DNA of 64,000 bases, taken from contig NC_057728.1 of NCBI RefSeq assembly GCF_004010195.1, positions 42,847,552 through 42,911,551 on the forward strand, given 5' to 3'. Positions 11,489 through 24,872 of the stretch are shown here, piece after piece (the stretch's first letter is position 1; each line of letters starts with the position of its first letter). The translations under genes were made by a program, and so were the position numbers. The notes under the pieces were generated by a model, which did no database searches, had not been told where the DNA came from, and saw only the letters and a list, made by a program, of their open reading frames with translations. The stretch is from Chiloscyllium plagiosum. Taxonomy: Eukaryota.

Positions 11489-12675
11489 GTATGTCTTCAA
11501 CAGTTGTCACAACATGCCAAAAATTTAGAAGCTCCACATGTCACAATTTATGTCTAGTTGAGTGTATGTGAGACAAGTGAGAACCTTTGCCTTGATAATC
11601 AATACCCAATTACCAAGTTTAATGTTTATATAGTAACATTACACTAATTTTGACTTTTCACTATAGGTGGCAACCTGATCGGAATCATTTGCCAGCCACT
11701 TCCGTGTAGTTGATCCTCTGCAGACCACCCCAGATTGACATTTTTTCTTTCTGGGGTGCCACTATATGTGTTCATTAGGCAGAGGGTAATGCTACAAAAT
11801 TCTATTGAACTATTTGTAAAATTCTGTTATCCTTGAAAGTATCAAGATCATTTTCAACGCACCAGTTCTCCATTCAGAGCAACTTTAAATTTAAATTAAA
11901 ATTCCGTTTTGAATCAATGGCAGTCACTCTTACCTCACCTCTGGTTTCATGGTATGTTTCATAATTCTGTGGAAATTTCGGGGCCTCTGCAGTAAAAACC
12001 ACAACAACAGTTTAGGCTAATGTGATGTAGCCCAACCTCCGAATGCTGAGCAGTAGAGGCAGACACAATGGATAGAGATGCTAGTTCATCTCACTCACCT
12101 TCTCACTCAAATGTGGGAAGGATGTGCCAAACACCAGACAGGGCCAGTCAACTGCCAGAGCATCAGGTATAATGCAAACAGTTAGCCCAATTAAATTGTG
12201 ACTCAGTACAAGGCTACTTTCATCCCATAAGAAATATTTTTTATTAAGTCATTTGATGTACCCACGAAGCAAACCTGGAAGATATAATAATGTAGGTGCA
12301 TAAACTATATATCATATTATGTCATCAAGAGGAATTGCACAGGGCAAGTAACACTGATGGCGCATTTGTTACTCACAGGGTGACAAATGGGTTGCAATTT
12401 GTATGAATGTTTCCAGAGAAAATGAGGTTCAGCGACCATATTTTTGTTCATTCCCTCTGGCTTTCCCTGTCATTGGGATGCAACTGTGTCTTCTTGTTAA
12501 CCTGTTTCATGACTACTATCTTGCAAAATCATCTTATGTCATCTAATGCTGCTGCTTGCTTTCCGTGTAGATAATGGGATTTAAACAGCCTGACATGGTT
12601 CCTCCCAACAGGTTAGAGAACTAGTGGGAAGTCAGCATTACCTCTGTAGGGAAGCCCAACAGATTAGATGCCTGT

Positions 12676-13730
12676 TTAACTAGCTAGCGGGGGACACCCC
12701 CTTGAGTTAGGACCCTGTTGGTAGAACCCCATTCTGAAAGAGCTGCCAGTGAACAGAACTGACAACCGCTGATGGTGCTCCAAGGACTTCAGGAGGAATT
12801 GTTGCTGGTTCCTGGGCTCAGATGAGTGAGAGTGGGACAGGAGTGACTGCTGGGGGCTCTGGGACACAGGCAGTGGGGTGCTTTTCACTAAGCTCTTCCA
12901 CAATACCCCTACCATACCAGGTTCCCCAGTCAAAATGTTTGACGATGAGGGATTCGTAGGTTTGTGGGAACCTTACAGAGTTATACTGGCCAGCCTTTAA
13001 GAGATAGGAAAAGTCACGTAACTCTCTTTGATCCTTGAGACACTACTAAACTTAATTGGATTGTCAATTAGCTTATTAATTAGCCTCATTGACATCTTGC
13101 CGAAAGCGAGCAAGAATCCTGCATCAGCCTCTTCCATGAGGTTAATGTCCAGCCACGCCCATTCCTATGGTTCCTGCTTTGATGGGATGACTAAAATCAA
13201 TCCAGAGATTTATGAATAAGTAGCTTTTCTGAACAGTTCAGTTCAATTTTTATTTTTAAATGGAGACACTTGTATTCTAGTCATGCCTCTCTTCTTGAAT
13301 ATCTCTATATGTCTGTTTATTAATCTCTCCCTCTTGGGAGGGAAGTGGCCTTGTGTATCATTATACTGGTCCATGAGAAATCCCAAAATTGCCTGCATTA
13401 AATCCGAAGCTGTGATGGCTGGCCAACGCTGTCTGCTGTGTAACACTTCCTGCACCATTTGCGTGAGTGAATAGGAGGGCTAGATGTTGTGTTATCTTTA
13501 GAAATAGTATCCTCGTCCTTTGTATTCCCACTCTTCTCTTGTATTTCAGCCATCTAGTATATTCCAGTCATGCTTCTGCCATTGGGGCTCCTGTCAGTTG
13601 GTCCTTGCATGGTTATTTCTGCCATGCAGACCTTCCACACGCAATATAAATCAACTGTCCAAACCTATTTGCAAGTATGTATCATTTTTCATCTTCTGGA
13701 AAATAAAAGGCTAACATTCAAAAGAAGCAC
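12676..13730 (-). pseudogene. Decayed protein-coding-like segment of unknown origin
   Basis: Long minus-strand frames with sparse stops/frameshifts (includes ORFs 13243-13458 and 12676-12933); no intron signals and no match to a repeat I recognise. Confidence 0.35.
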
Positions 13731-13769
13731 ACTTGTGTTCCACTATCAGTGATACCATATGATCGCGTC

Positions 13770-14725
13770 TTTATTCATTTGTGACATTGCAACATTTCTG
13801 GTCCATTCCTAGTAAACTTCTAAATGTAGTAGTAAGCCATTTCTTAGACCATTGCATGTGGTGAAGAAACATCCATAGTGCTGCAATGAAGGGAGTATTT
13901 AATCCAGTGAAGAAGCAGCAATATATTTCTACACCAGGAATGGTCTGTAGCTTGGCGGGGAACTCGCAGGTTGTGGTGTTCCCTTGTGCCTTCTGAACTT
14001 GTCCTTCTGGGAAGTAGAGGTCAAGAGTTTGGAAGGAGTTGTCAAAGGAGCATTGGCAAGTTGCTGCAGTGCAGGTCAATGTGCACACTCTTGCCACGGT
14101 AACTCATTAGGAAGGGAGTGAATGTTTAAGATGATGGATAATGTGCAAATCAAACAACATGCATTGTCCTGCATGGTGTTGGGATTATTGAGTGATGGAA
14201 CTGCACTCATCCAAGTAAATGGAAAGTGTTTAGTCACATAACTGACTTGAGCCTTGTAGACCATAGATAGGATTGGGGGAATCAGGATGTGAGTTTCTTG
14301 TCAAAAAAATTCCAAGCCTCTGATCTGTTCTTGTAGCCACTATTTATTTGGTTAGTCCATTCAGTTTATACAGTTCAGCTTCTGATCAATGGTAACTCCC
14401 AGGTTTCTGATGCTGGAGGATTCAATGAAAATAATACCATTGAATAACAAGAGAGGATGGTTGGATTCTGTCTTGTTGGAGGTAGTCATTGGCTGGCAGT
14501 TGTGTGACACAAATGGTAACATGCAACTCATCAGCCCTAGCTCCAACATTGTTCCAATCTTACTACATATGGGCACAGACAGCTTCAGTATCTGAGGAGT
14601 TGCAAATAGTGTTGAAGCTTATGCAATCAGTGGTGATAAATTCCCATCTCTGCTCCTATTGTGAAAGAAAGGTAATTAATTATGCAGCTGAAAATGTTGG
14701 GGTCCAGAATACCACCTTGGGCTGG
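13770..14725 (-). mobile_element. Decayed LINE, same family as 32188-34315
   Basis: LGVTIDQKLN and YKAQV...FPFTWMSA motifs on minus strand. Confidence 0.7.
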
Positions 14726-14729
14726 TAAG

Positions 14730-16378
14730 AACAACATATAAAGTTTAAATTATATTTGTATTTTTTCTGTTGAGAAGGTAAAGACTTGGTTAGTCACTTT
14801 TAAAATTTCATTCCTGAGCTTGGTGCAGTGATGATGAGAGGTCGGGAGGTTAGTTTTGGTTGCATACATTTTGATGATGTTTTCTGACCTTTATTTGAAG
14901 AGCTTGGGTGTTAACAGTTAAGTAGACTAATAAAAATGGTAGAAGAAAATGAAAGATGTGCTGTTGCCTAATAACAGAGATTCAGACATACAGAAAAACA
15001 CAACAGTCCAGAAAGTCAGTCAATGTGTGATGTATGCTCGACAATGAAGGATTACTGGACACAGTTTAGGAAATCCATGTAGTTGCTCTGAAGTAACCGT
15101 GAATTTAGTTTGCAGTTTGCATTAGGTGTCTTGATGAGAGACACCATTGAAGGAATAAAGCATTTAGAGGTTGCACAGAAATTCATCTTAAAAAGCCAGT
15201 TAAAGCTATATCTGTATGTGTTTGATTGAAGTATCATTGTCTGGAAATGGTGGTTACCTCATTAAGATTTGAGTGTTTGTAAGAATAAAAGGAATAGAAT
15301 GAGTTTGAATTCTTTTCTGATTTCTGGAATGATGTTTTTTTCAAATTTTATTTTAGTCTAGTATAACATAGTGCATGTCTTTAAACCTTGTATTATGAAA
15401 CCAATTCATATTTAATATTTCATTTTAAGTACTTCATTTTGAAAGAATATGGAGATGCCTGGATTTTATTTAAAGGCTCAATGGAAAGATATTAGCACTT
15501 TTTTTCAAGCAATTCCTCTCAGAATTATATGATTGTGATAATTGTTGGTGTTGGTTACTTGAACTCAATTCAGGAAAAAACTCTTGTTTTTGACTAGGCT
15601 TTATAGCTAGCCAGTATAAACAGTGGTTTCAAGCTTAGAGTTTTTGTTTTAGATTTATTTGGGAAAGGTCTTCTAAGAACAAAGTGTTCGGCAAAAGTCT
15701 CCAGTTTCTGATGCACCTTTGTGGTGAATTAAATGTGAAACCTAATTGTTCTTATGGAAGTCAGTGATGAAATGAACTTCTCAAGATTGTATTTCCTGAG
15801 CTAACTATGTCTGCTAAGACCACAGGAAAAACTGTAACTTGACCATATGTGCAAGTCCACTGGATGGACAGACTTTGGAACAGTCTATACCTTTTTTTCG
15901 TCCTCCGTAAAAAGCACCCTTGGACAGAAAGGGTGGAGAAATTTGTTTATTTTCCAGTGTGTGTGCATAACACACAAATTATGTGTGTTAACCAATTGTG
16001 CATCTTCATTGGATAGATTTTGTCTTATAATAAATCACTAATGTTTACCAAAGAAATTTAGTTGATGGATCTTTTCACAGAGGAGAAGCACATGAGTGGC
16101 CTTATTAGGACTTAGGTAAAACACTTTAAATTTATGTTCTGACTAGTGCAGCAGTGGGACTAGAGAAAGACGGGGCACTGCTCTGCTCCCATATTGGATA
16201 TAAAACCTGTTAATAAATTATTTTATTTTTTCAGTTAGATGTACACTGACAATCTCTTGTGAACACATTCAATCACTGGCCTCCATGGTCAAAAATAAAA
16301 TAGAGTTAGGATCTAATAAACCAGGTTTCACTCTAGGATCTGACTTGTCTGGTATTAACATCAATTGGGATCATAACA
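14730..16378 (+). mobile_element. LTR-like repeat (5' boundary approximate)
   Basis: 3' end ccaggtttcactctaggatctgacttgtc...ttgggatcataACA recurs at 30215-30279 and 55640-55698. Confidence 0.45.
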
Positions 16379-18025
16379 TTGCCAAGTGCCCACTGGATGG
16401 GTGCTCTATCCAGTTTTGCTTTTTAAATTTTTCTTCTGTAATGGATTGAAGCAATTGGGTGGCTTGCTTAACTGTGTCAGAGAGCAATTAATAGTCAACC
16501 ATATTTTATAGGTCTGAAGTCTAGGGAGGCCTCCAGGTACCTTGCCTCAAGGACATGAGTAAATTAGGTGGGATTTTATGACAATATAGCCATTTCATAG
16601 TCACTGTTACTTAGACTATCTCTTTACTGTAGATTTGTTAATTAATTGAATGTGAATTTTGTTCGGCTCCACTTCTCCCCTATAATCGTGTATGATTGAC
16701 TCATCCTGGTGAACAGATCATTGGATGTTTAATCCACTTGAATTTTGGCATAGGGAAATTATTCTATTGAATCTACTCCCACACATTCTCCTTTGGTTGG
16801 ATGGAATGCTATATATGAAGTCCTCATTAGATACTAAATGACAAGGCAACATTTCTGGATCTTGCTCAATATGGTTGTTCTCCCAGCAAATTGAGGCTAC
16901 ATTTCAGGTCCAAAGAAATTTGGGTCCCCAATCTTTCACAATGACTTTGATGGCAGGTTAAAGGAACCCACTGACTGGTTCTCCAGGGCTTACTTCACTT
17001 TTTGCAAGTTATAATTAGAAACTGGGGAAGCTGTGCAGAAATTCCAACTAATCATCTTTCTCAATGTATTCCAAATTAAGATACTTCCACTTATTTTCAA
17101 GACTGTCTCCAATTGATCTACTTTTGCATCAGTAAGATGCCATTTAAGATACTGATTCTGTGACTGCTCTTTTTTAATCAATGGAAATATTGAAATTTAA
17201 GGCAGAAATGTGAACAGAATCAGGAGTCTTCCTGCCACCAAATCCTTTAGACCATCTGATTGTCTTATGAAAGAAAAGATGTACAGAATTTAGTATTAGG
17301 AAAACTGGTAGGAATCTCACATCACTTTTTAATAGAAGGCCTGATACATTTATGAGGAAATCAGATAGTTAACTGGACACTGTGAGGCGTCCTGTGAGTC
17401 TAAGGTGGAAATCTCAGCCCCAAGAGTTGCCGACCATTCATAGTCCAAGGAAGTAGGTAGCCTGCATTGGAATCCCCTTTCCTATAAACATACACAAGCA
17501 CACTTTCACGCGTGCACACGCACACATGTCAGAACTTGTCAGGCAATCTTCTGGAGGCAAAGGAGACCCTAATGAGTCTCTTTACTCCTTGAATCTTCAT
17601 TAATCCCTGTGGGGCAGGGATATTTTGATTGAAGTGGCTCATTTCTAAACCCAATGGCACTCATTCTATATGGGGCAGTATTCCTGTTGTCAGGAGTCAG
17701 ATATGGACACTGTTGTGCAATCATCCAAGCCTACACATCACCTTGCTCACTTTAGCAAGCTCGCTGAATTTTGTTGGTATTCCAGTTTTAGACATTGTTA
17801 AATTTTTCTGCCTATTATGTTTGCTTAAGTATGGTACTTAAGTTGCTATAGTACTTAAGTGATACGTTGTAAACCAGTTGCAAGACTCAAAAGAGGATGC
17901 TTAGCTTAGTTTGGAAACAGATCTCCCGAGCAGGAAGTTTAATAGTACTGGATTCATGGCTATTCATGGATATTTTTATCAGTTTTGATTGTCAGAAATG
18001 ACAGTTTGAAATATTTATTTTAAAG

Positions 18026-18116
18026 GAACTCCCCAAACTGGGTCAGGAACTTACATCATCTGATGCTGACTTGCCCTGGAATCGAACCAAGAATCGCTTT
18101 GCAAATATAAAGCCCT
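18026..18116 (+). CDS. PTPRQ: PTPRQ exon (91 nt), PTP domain start with KNRF motif
   Basis: ttaaag|GAACTC...CCCT|gtaagt; [30 protein letters not shown](Y). Confidence 0.95.
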
Positions 18117-19181
18117 GTAAGTTCTATTAAATTTTTCGATTAGAGGACCTTTGCAGAAGTATTATCTGAAATATTTTTCAGAAATGTTTCAATTAATATG
18201 TGAAGTTTCAGTTTTCGAGACGATGTCAGTAATGGTGCAAAAATTTTGATGTATTGTTCTAAATGCTATAAACAAATACCATTTTATATCTGATCATAAT
18301 AGAGATCAGTAAAGTTCTCCAGCTAATTAAGTCAAATGATGTTATATTTTTGAGAAAATGTTGTATTTTATATTAAGAACATGGGGACAACATACACAAG
18401 TGTAAAATATTTTCTGCAATAGTTCTTTGTGTAATATTTATTCAGTTAGATTTAAATTAAGGATCGGGGATTGGTGCTACAACAGCCATCTTTTCCCCAG
18501 AAAGACAATAAGATTTTTGTTAAAGATCAGTTCTATCTCCATTTTAGCATATTGTTTTCCAAATCAAATATTTACTCATCTGAAAGTGCTAAAAAAAATT
18601 GATGAATTAGCTGATTCTTGTTTTGTCCCCTCTATTATTTGTTTCTAATTGATTTCACAATCATGAAGCACATGTTTAGAGGTCAAGTGAGAAATAACAG
18701 CCAAGGCTGTTGTCAAACTGACCACTAGGAGATGCACAGGAGCTGCTTGGAATGACTTAGTCTCTAGATTTCTTTTCCTTTCTTTGATGGAACTACCTGG
18801 TTTCTGCTTGTTGCATTTTGGTAAAAACGCAATTCTGTCAATAACTCTCACCAAATACAGTTGCGGTCCTTCAGTTTGGTTCTCAGTTAATAAGTCCCCA
18901 TTAAATTTGGTAAAAAATTCATACCAACCTAGTTCATTTTGATAACTGTGTTGGGGATTACAATTAGCTTTGTCACACAGGCTAAAGACATTAATTTCAG
19001 CACCTACTCTGCTTCTGTAATGAGATTATGGGTATGTATAGAAGTGGCAATCTGGGCAGACAACTACCATGCCGAAAACACACCCAGTTGGCACATACAA
19101 TACCCTGCCTGTTATTTTTTACAGCCATCAGTGTACATTAATTCAAGTGAAACAAATGAAAAGCAGTTCATGATTAGTATT

Positions 19182-19563
19182 GGTAAGGGAAATGGCCTAG
19201 TGCTGGGACATGGCCAATGCTATTATCACTGGACATTACTCCAGAAACCCAGGTAATATTCTGGGCACGCAGGTTCAAATCCTATTGTAGCAGATGGTGG
19301 AATTTGAATTCAATGAAAAAATCTGGAATTAAGAGACTAATGATGACCACAAATTGATTGTTGGAAAAACCCACCTGGTTTACTAATGTCCTTTAGGGAA
19401 GGAAACTACCATCCTTACCTGGTCTAGCCTACATATGACAGCAGACCCAGAGCAATGTGGTTGACTCTTAACCCCTCTCCCCACCCTGCTCTGGGCAATT
19501 AGGGATGGCAATTAATGCTGGCCTAAACAGTGTCACTCTCATCCCATGAATAAACAAAAAAAA
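19182..19563 (+). mobile_element. Second tRNA-derived SINE family (SacSINE1/DeuSINE-like)
   Basis: TGGCCTAGTG...GGTTCAAATCC head, tail gggcaattagggatggcaattaatgctggcc...cccatgaataaac(A)n shared with LINE 3' ends at 32188, 49385, 63640; second copy at ~58420-58730. Confidence 0.65.
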
Positions 19564-21220
19564 GTAGTGATATACACTGTTAGTAATCCTGAACAATGCA
19601 TTTCCCAATCAGATGAAATCTTCCTAAGCATTGAATGACATGGGCATTGGTGAAAAAGTCTTATTTTTCCCCAGTGTTAAACGGTGAAACAGGATTAACA
19701 TTAGTGAGCAGTGAGAGATCTATTTGTATGCATTCTCGTGAATTAACATACCATTATTAGCTAATCTCACATTATTTATGTTACATTTCTCATTCTCCCA
19801 CCTGCCAGATGAAAAACAAATAGTGATAATTCCTGACATGAAAGTCAAATGTCAGCTCTCTGCTTGCTCCTCTGGATCTCCATCTCATATACCAAGCACC
19901 AACATTACAGGGCACCTGCTGTGGGCAGGGTTCACATGCACCGCCTGTCCACAGATCTTGGCTTCTGACACACGCCAGTATAATCACAGCCTCATGGCAC
20001 ATTTCCACTTAGAATATGATTCTGCACTTCAGTGCTGCACTTTGAGATACACAATCAGTTCTCAATGGTATGCTGATACCAAGACATATTGAGTGCAGCG
20101 ATAGACATCCATCTCATGGATTTAACCAGGGTGCTTTCTTGCTTGGTGTCTCAGCACTAGTCTTTTCCCTTTTTGAGTGCTCGCAACATCCCTGCCTTGC
20201 TCTGCCTTGTCTTTTTGTGCCACGTCCCCTCAGCCACAGCTGAAATTCTAAAAGTAGTTGTTTCTTGTCTTGCCTTTTAGTACAGTCACAAAGACAAGCA
20301 GCTTGTTATTAGTGACCAGTAAAGGAATAGACACGTTGCTGTACATTATTGTGCTCACAGCTTCACCATGTGTCATCAGTGTACACAGTAAACACACTGC
20401 AAGTACATCAACCAAATGAGTATGTCTAAGTCTGAGAGTCAAATCAAGGGAAATTCTCTCTTCAGTCAGGCTCAGTAAGTCAAGGGTAATCTCCAATATC
20501 AGTCCAGGCGCTGTGATACAGTCAGTCATCCCCTTTTGGTGGTAAGGTCCATGCAAGGATGCATGGGAGGTCAGTCAGAGCTGCATAGAGATCAGTCTGG
20601 GATCTGGAGTGTCATCAGTTGGTCTATACGTCCCAATCTGTCAAGAGGTGGACCACAGTCAGTCCTGGGGATCCATTCACTAAAATTCAAGCGGCAGTTA
20701 TTTGGGGACACTGCTGGGAAGGGAAGCTGTGAAAGTCAGTAATGGGGATTAGAAGCAGCATACAGAGATGCAGAGTTATGAAGCGGAGTAACTTATAAAT
20801 AGATATTTGTAAAGGGGAGGCAGTAGAGTAATTCAGGAGTGGTTTTGGTCCTGGTAGTGATGACGTGATGAATGTAGGGCTCCCCACTGCTCATTTTGGC
20901 TCTTGCTTCCCTACTGTGGGATTTTGTTTTCCTGGAATGAGGCATCAGAAGAGTGAGATGAATGTATTTGCCACATCTGTCAGGGATGAGGTATTCCGAG
21001 ACAGTGGGTCAGCCGCACAGAGGCCATGTTGAAATAGTTTTTTGGGATGTTGGGATAGGTCAGAGCATGTTAGGGAAAGATTTCAGTGCTTCTCTACACC
21101 ACCCAATCGATCAGGACCTCCACGTCCCTTTCCACAAAGTGAGATGCCAATTTTCTCTTGTCTGCCATGTCTGAGGAAAATGCTATAATTGATGAAATTA
21201 ATGTAATTGGTCTCTCACTG

Positions 21221-21995
21221 AGTCATAGAGTCATAGAGATGTCCAGCACGGAAACAGACCCTTAAGTTCAACTCGTTCATGCCGACTAGATATCCGAAAG
21301 TAATCTAGTCCCATTTGCCAGCACTTGGCCCATATCCCTCCAAACCCCTCCTATTCATGTACCCATCCAAATGCCTCTTAAATGTTGTAATTGTACCAGT
21401 TTCCACCACTTCCTCTGGCAGCTCATTCCATACACGGACCATCCTCTGCGTGGAAAGATTGCCCCTTAGGTCTCTTTTATATCTTTCTCTTCTCATCCTA
21501 CATCTATGCCATCTAGTTCTGGGCTCCCCTAGCCCAGGGAAAAGACTTTGTCTATTTATCCTATCCATGCCCCTCATGATTTCTATGAGGTCACCCCTCA
21601 GTCTTCGACACTCCAGAGAAAACAGCCCCAGCCTATTCAACCTCTCCCTATAGCTTAAATCCTCCAACCCTGGCAACATCCTTGTGAACCTTTTCTGAAC
21701 CCTTTCAAGTTTCACAACATCCTTCCAATAGGAAGGAGACCAGAATAGCACATAATATTCCTAAAGTGGCCTAACCAACATCCTGTACAGCCGCAACATG
21801 ACCTCCCAACTTCTATACTCAATGCTCTGACCAATAAAGGGAAGCATAGCAAATGTTTTCTTCACTATCCTATCTACCTGCTTCTCTACTTTCAAGGAGC
21901 TTTGAACCTGCACTTCAAGGTCTCTGTTCAGCAACGCTCCCCAGGACCTTACCATTAAGTGTATAAGTCCTGCTAAGATTTGCTTTCCCAAAATG
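21221..21995 (-). mobile_element. CR1-clade (HER1-like) LINE 3' fragment, relatively young
   Basis: ORFs 21305-21751 and 21761-22012: FWSPSYWKDVVKLERVQKRFTRMLPGLEDLSYRERLNRLGLFSLE.RRLRGDLIE; ctctatgactctatgactc tail. Confidence 0.9.
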
Positions 21996-23539
21996 CTGAG
22001 GCTGAAGCACACATTTTTGCAGGTTGTATTTTGACAATAAACAGAAGTTTATTAAACAAAAGGAATGAAGACAAAACAGAACTAACCAACCAATTTATTA
22101 TAAACAAATTCAAAGTTTTAAACACACAGTAGAAGTAAAATCTCATTAATCTCAAAACACTCCTTTACAAGTTTTTAAAAATTCCAATGTACAGTACCCA
22201 ATAGCAACCCTTCTACAATACATGAACCAGAATCCCATGTTCTAACAGTTTGAAACATTTAAGATAACTGCCCCTTTAACTCTGAGATTGGAACCTCAGA
22301 CAGCTTACTCCTGCAGTTATCATACACTTGGGTTTAAACTAACTCAGCTTCCAATCCTGTTCAGGGTTTTATCCAAACACTTTCAATTGGTGACTATCAC
22401 TAACTCCTGACTTTAAGGTGACTGAATTTTACTATATTCTAGTCTTCTCAGGAGTACTGCTTTGTCCATGTATCTCCATGCAAGCACTTCACAAAACTGC
22501 TCCACTCAAAATAAAACTCAAACCAGAAGTCTCCCCCTCCATGCTATGGGTGCATCTATCCAAATTTTAAAAATCTTGGGCCAGAAATGTGGAACAGAGA
22601 CCTTGAGGTACAATTTGTCCACCTTTCTCGATCATAAAATTCCAACGTAAATAAAACCCATTAAGCTGCCAAAGTAATTCTCATGAACTGTTCTAAAACA
22701 AATGACTATGGCTATAGAAATACTAATAAGTTAACTATTAACTTCAGATGCACAGAAAACTCTTATGTTATTAACTCAATTTTCAAAACTCAAAATAGTA
22801 TTCGAACTTTATGTTAATCAGATTGTTGATATCTACAAAGCAACATGTCATGTGGCAAAAAACACGCCATGTTATTTCAAACAGTTTTTTGTCTTTTTGT
22901 TATGGATTAAAACAAATTAGACAAAATATTGATATGAAGAAAGAGAATGAAGTGAAATTAAGGAAATAATCTTAAGAATTCTTTAACTTGAAGTTAGACT
23001 GTAAAGTTTAATATTATCCTTATTAAAGCCTTTTTGTGTTTTAAGCTACTAATGAAATTATGTTTCACTTAAAGCATCTGGAAATAGTAAGATTTATGAG
23101 AACTTTAACATCAGTCAATTTGAACTTTTCAAGATGCAAAATAAGTTTAACATTATAAAGTGCACCTTTAATATCACTTATGCAAACATTAAACTACAGG
23201 TGCATGAAGCAATATATTTAATACCTTTTAAGATTTGTAATCTAATCCAACTGCTCAATCAATTTAGCATTCTTTACTTTTTATTCGCAAACTGAAAAGT
23301 TAGAAATGTAGAATCTGATTTCTATAGACTGTAACACTGTATTTCAGGGGTATTTGTAAGTATACTGCAGTAAATCAAAAAAAAATCTAAATCAAGTTCA
23401 TCATGAAGCCAAGGCTAAGATCTTATCAGAAAACAGAAATTGTCAGAAAAACTCAGCAGGTTCTTCAAAAGGTTGTGAGAAAGGGTCACTCGACCCAAAG
23501 TTTTAACTCTGATTTCTCTCCACAAGTGTTGCCAGACTT

Positions 23540-23887
23540 AGAGTCATAGAGATTATACAGCATGGAAACAGACCCTTCGGTCCAACCCATCCATGCCGAC
23601 CAGATATCCCAACCCAATCTAGCTCCACCTACCAGCACCCAGCCCATATCCCTCCAAACACTTACTATTCATATACCGATCCAAATGCCTCTTAAATGTT
23701 GCAATTGTACCAGCCTCCACCACATCCTCTGGCAGCTCATTCCATACACATACCACCCTCTGCGTGAAAAAGTTGCCCCTTATGTCTCTTTTATATCTTT
23801 CCCCTCTCACCCTAAACCTATGCCCTCTAGTTCTGGACTCCTCGACCCCAGGGAAAAGACTTTGTCTATTTACCCTATCTATGCCCC
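23540..23887 (-). mobile_element. CR1-clade LINE 3' end inserted in a Penelope-like remnant (23430-23945)
   Basis: RGERYKRDIRGNFFTQRVVCVWNELPE; flanks join as tgccagactt|gctgag of the Penelope-type repeat. Confidence 0.85.
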
Positions 23888-23998
23888 GCTGAGCTTTTTG
23901 TTTCTGTTTCTGATTTATAGCATTTGGAGTTCTTTTGGTTTTTATCTTATTAGAAAATATGGCAGTCTGAAATTTAGGTCAATTCTGCATCATTTTTA

Positions 23999-24648
23999 TG
24001 ATTTGGAGATGCCGCTGTTGGACTGGGGTGTACAAAGTTAAAAATCATACAACACCAGGTTATAGTCCAACAGGTTTAATTGGAAGCACACTAGCTTTCG
24101 GAGCGACGCTCCTTCATCAGGTGATTGTGGAGGGCTCGATCGTAACACAGAATTTATAGCAAAAATTTGCAGTGTGATGTAACTGAAATTATACATTGAA
24201 AAATTGATTGTCTGTTAAGCCTTTCATCTGTTAGAATACAGTGATAGTTTCACTTTCATGTGTAAATCACAAAATCTTTTTTTAAAAGTTGCATTCTCGG
24301 GTTAGCTGTTAACAATGGTGATAGCTAGACAACACCTTCAACATATTGTCTAGCTATCACCATTGTTAACAGCTAACCCGAGAATGCAACTTTTAAAAAA
24401 AGATTTTGTGATTTACACATGAAAGAAATGAAACTATCACTGTATTCTAACAGATGAAAGGCTTAACAGACAATCAATTTTTCAATGTATAATTTCAGTT
24501 ACATCACACTGCAAATTTTTGCTATAAATTCTGTGTTACAATCGAGCCCTCCACTATCACCTGATGAAGGAACGTCGCTCCAAAAGCTAGTGTGCTTCCA
24601 ATTAAACCTGTTGGACTATAACCTGGTGTTGTGTGATTTTTAACTTTG
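23999..24648. mobile_element. Penelope-like element fold-back (inverted pLTR pair with 34-nt tail)
   Basis: Arms 24033-24332 and 24346-24648 near-perfectly reverse-complementary, 13-nt spacer, unpaired 34-nt extension 23999-24032; flanking direct repeat TGCATCATTTTTA at 23986-23998 and 24647-24659. Confidence 0.85.
24087..24123 (-). ncRNA. Minimal hammerhead ribozyme motif (Penelope type)
   Basis: Minus strand CAC-CUGAUGA-A-GGAGCG-U-CGCUCC-GAAA-GC-UA-GUG: intact core, helix II, short helix I, palindromic AGCU instead of helix III. Confidence 0.75.
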
Positions 24649-24872
24649 CATCATTTTTAGCTCATGTCGGAAGAACTGCCTTTGATGTATTAAGCTGTGT
24701 CTGAAACACAAGTTGGAAAGCATAATATTCCTTGACGAATGTAGCTTCACTTTTTCCTCCAACTTATTTGAAACGGCCACTGTTAGCTTATGTATATGAT
24801 ATATCGGCACTATACATATGATTTAGAATGAATTAATGACATTATCAACAAACATAAATTTCTTTTATGTAG

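Noticed and set aside
20090..21180. GC-richer segment with short ORFs
   Set aside because: Probably a decayed transposon, but I found no motif that supports a specific call.
21996..22850. Possible LTR adjoining the CR1 fragment
   Set aside because: Composition is LTR-like on the minus strand but I could not define termini or a TSD.
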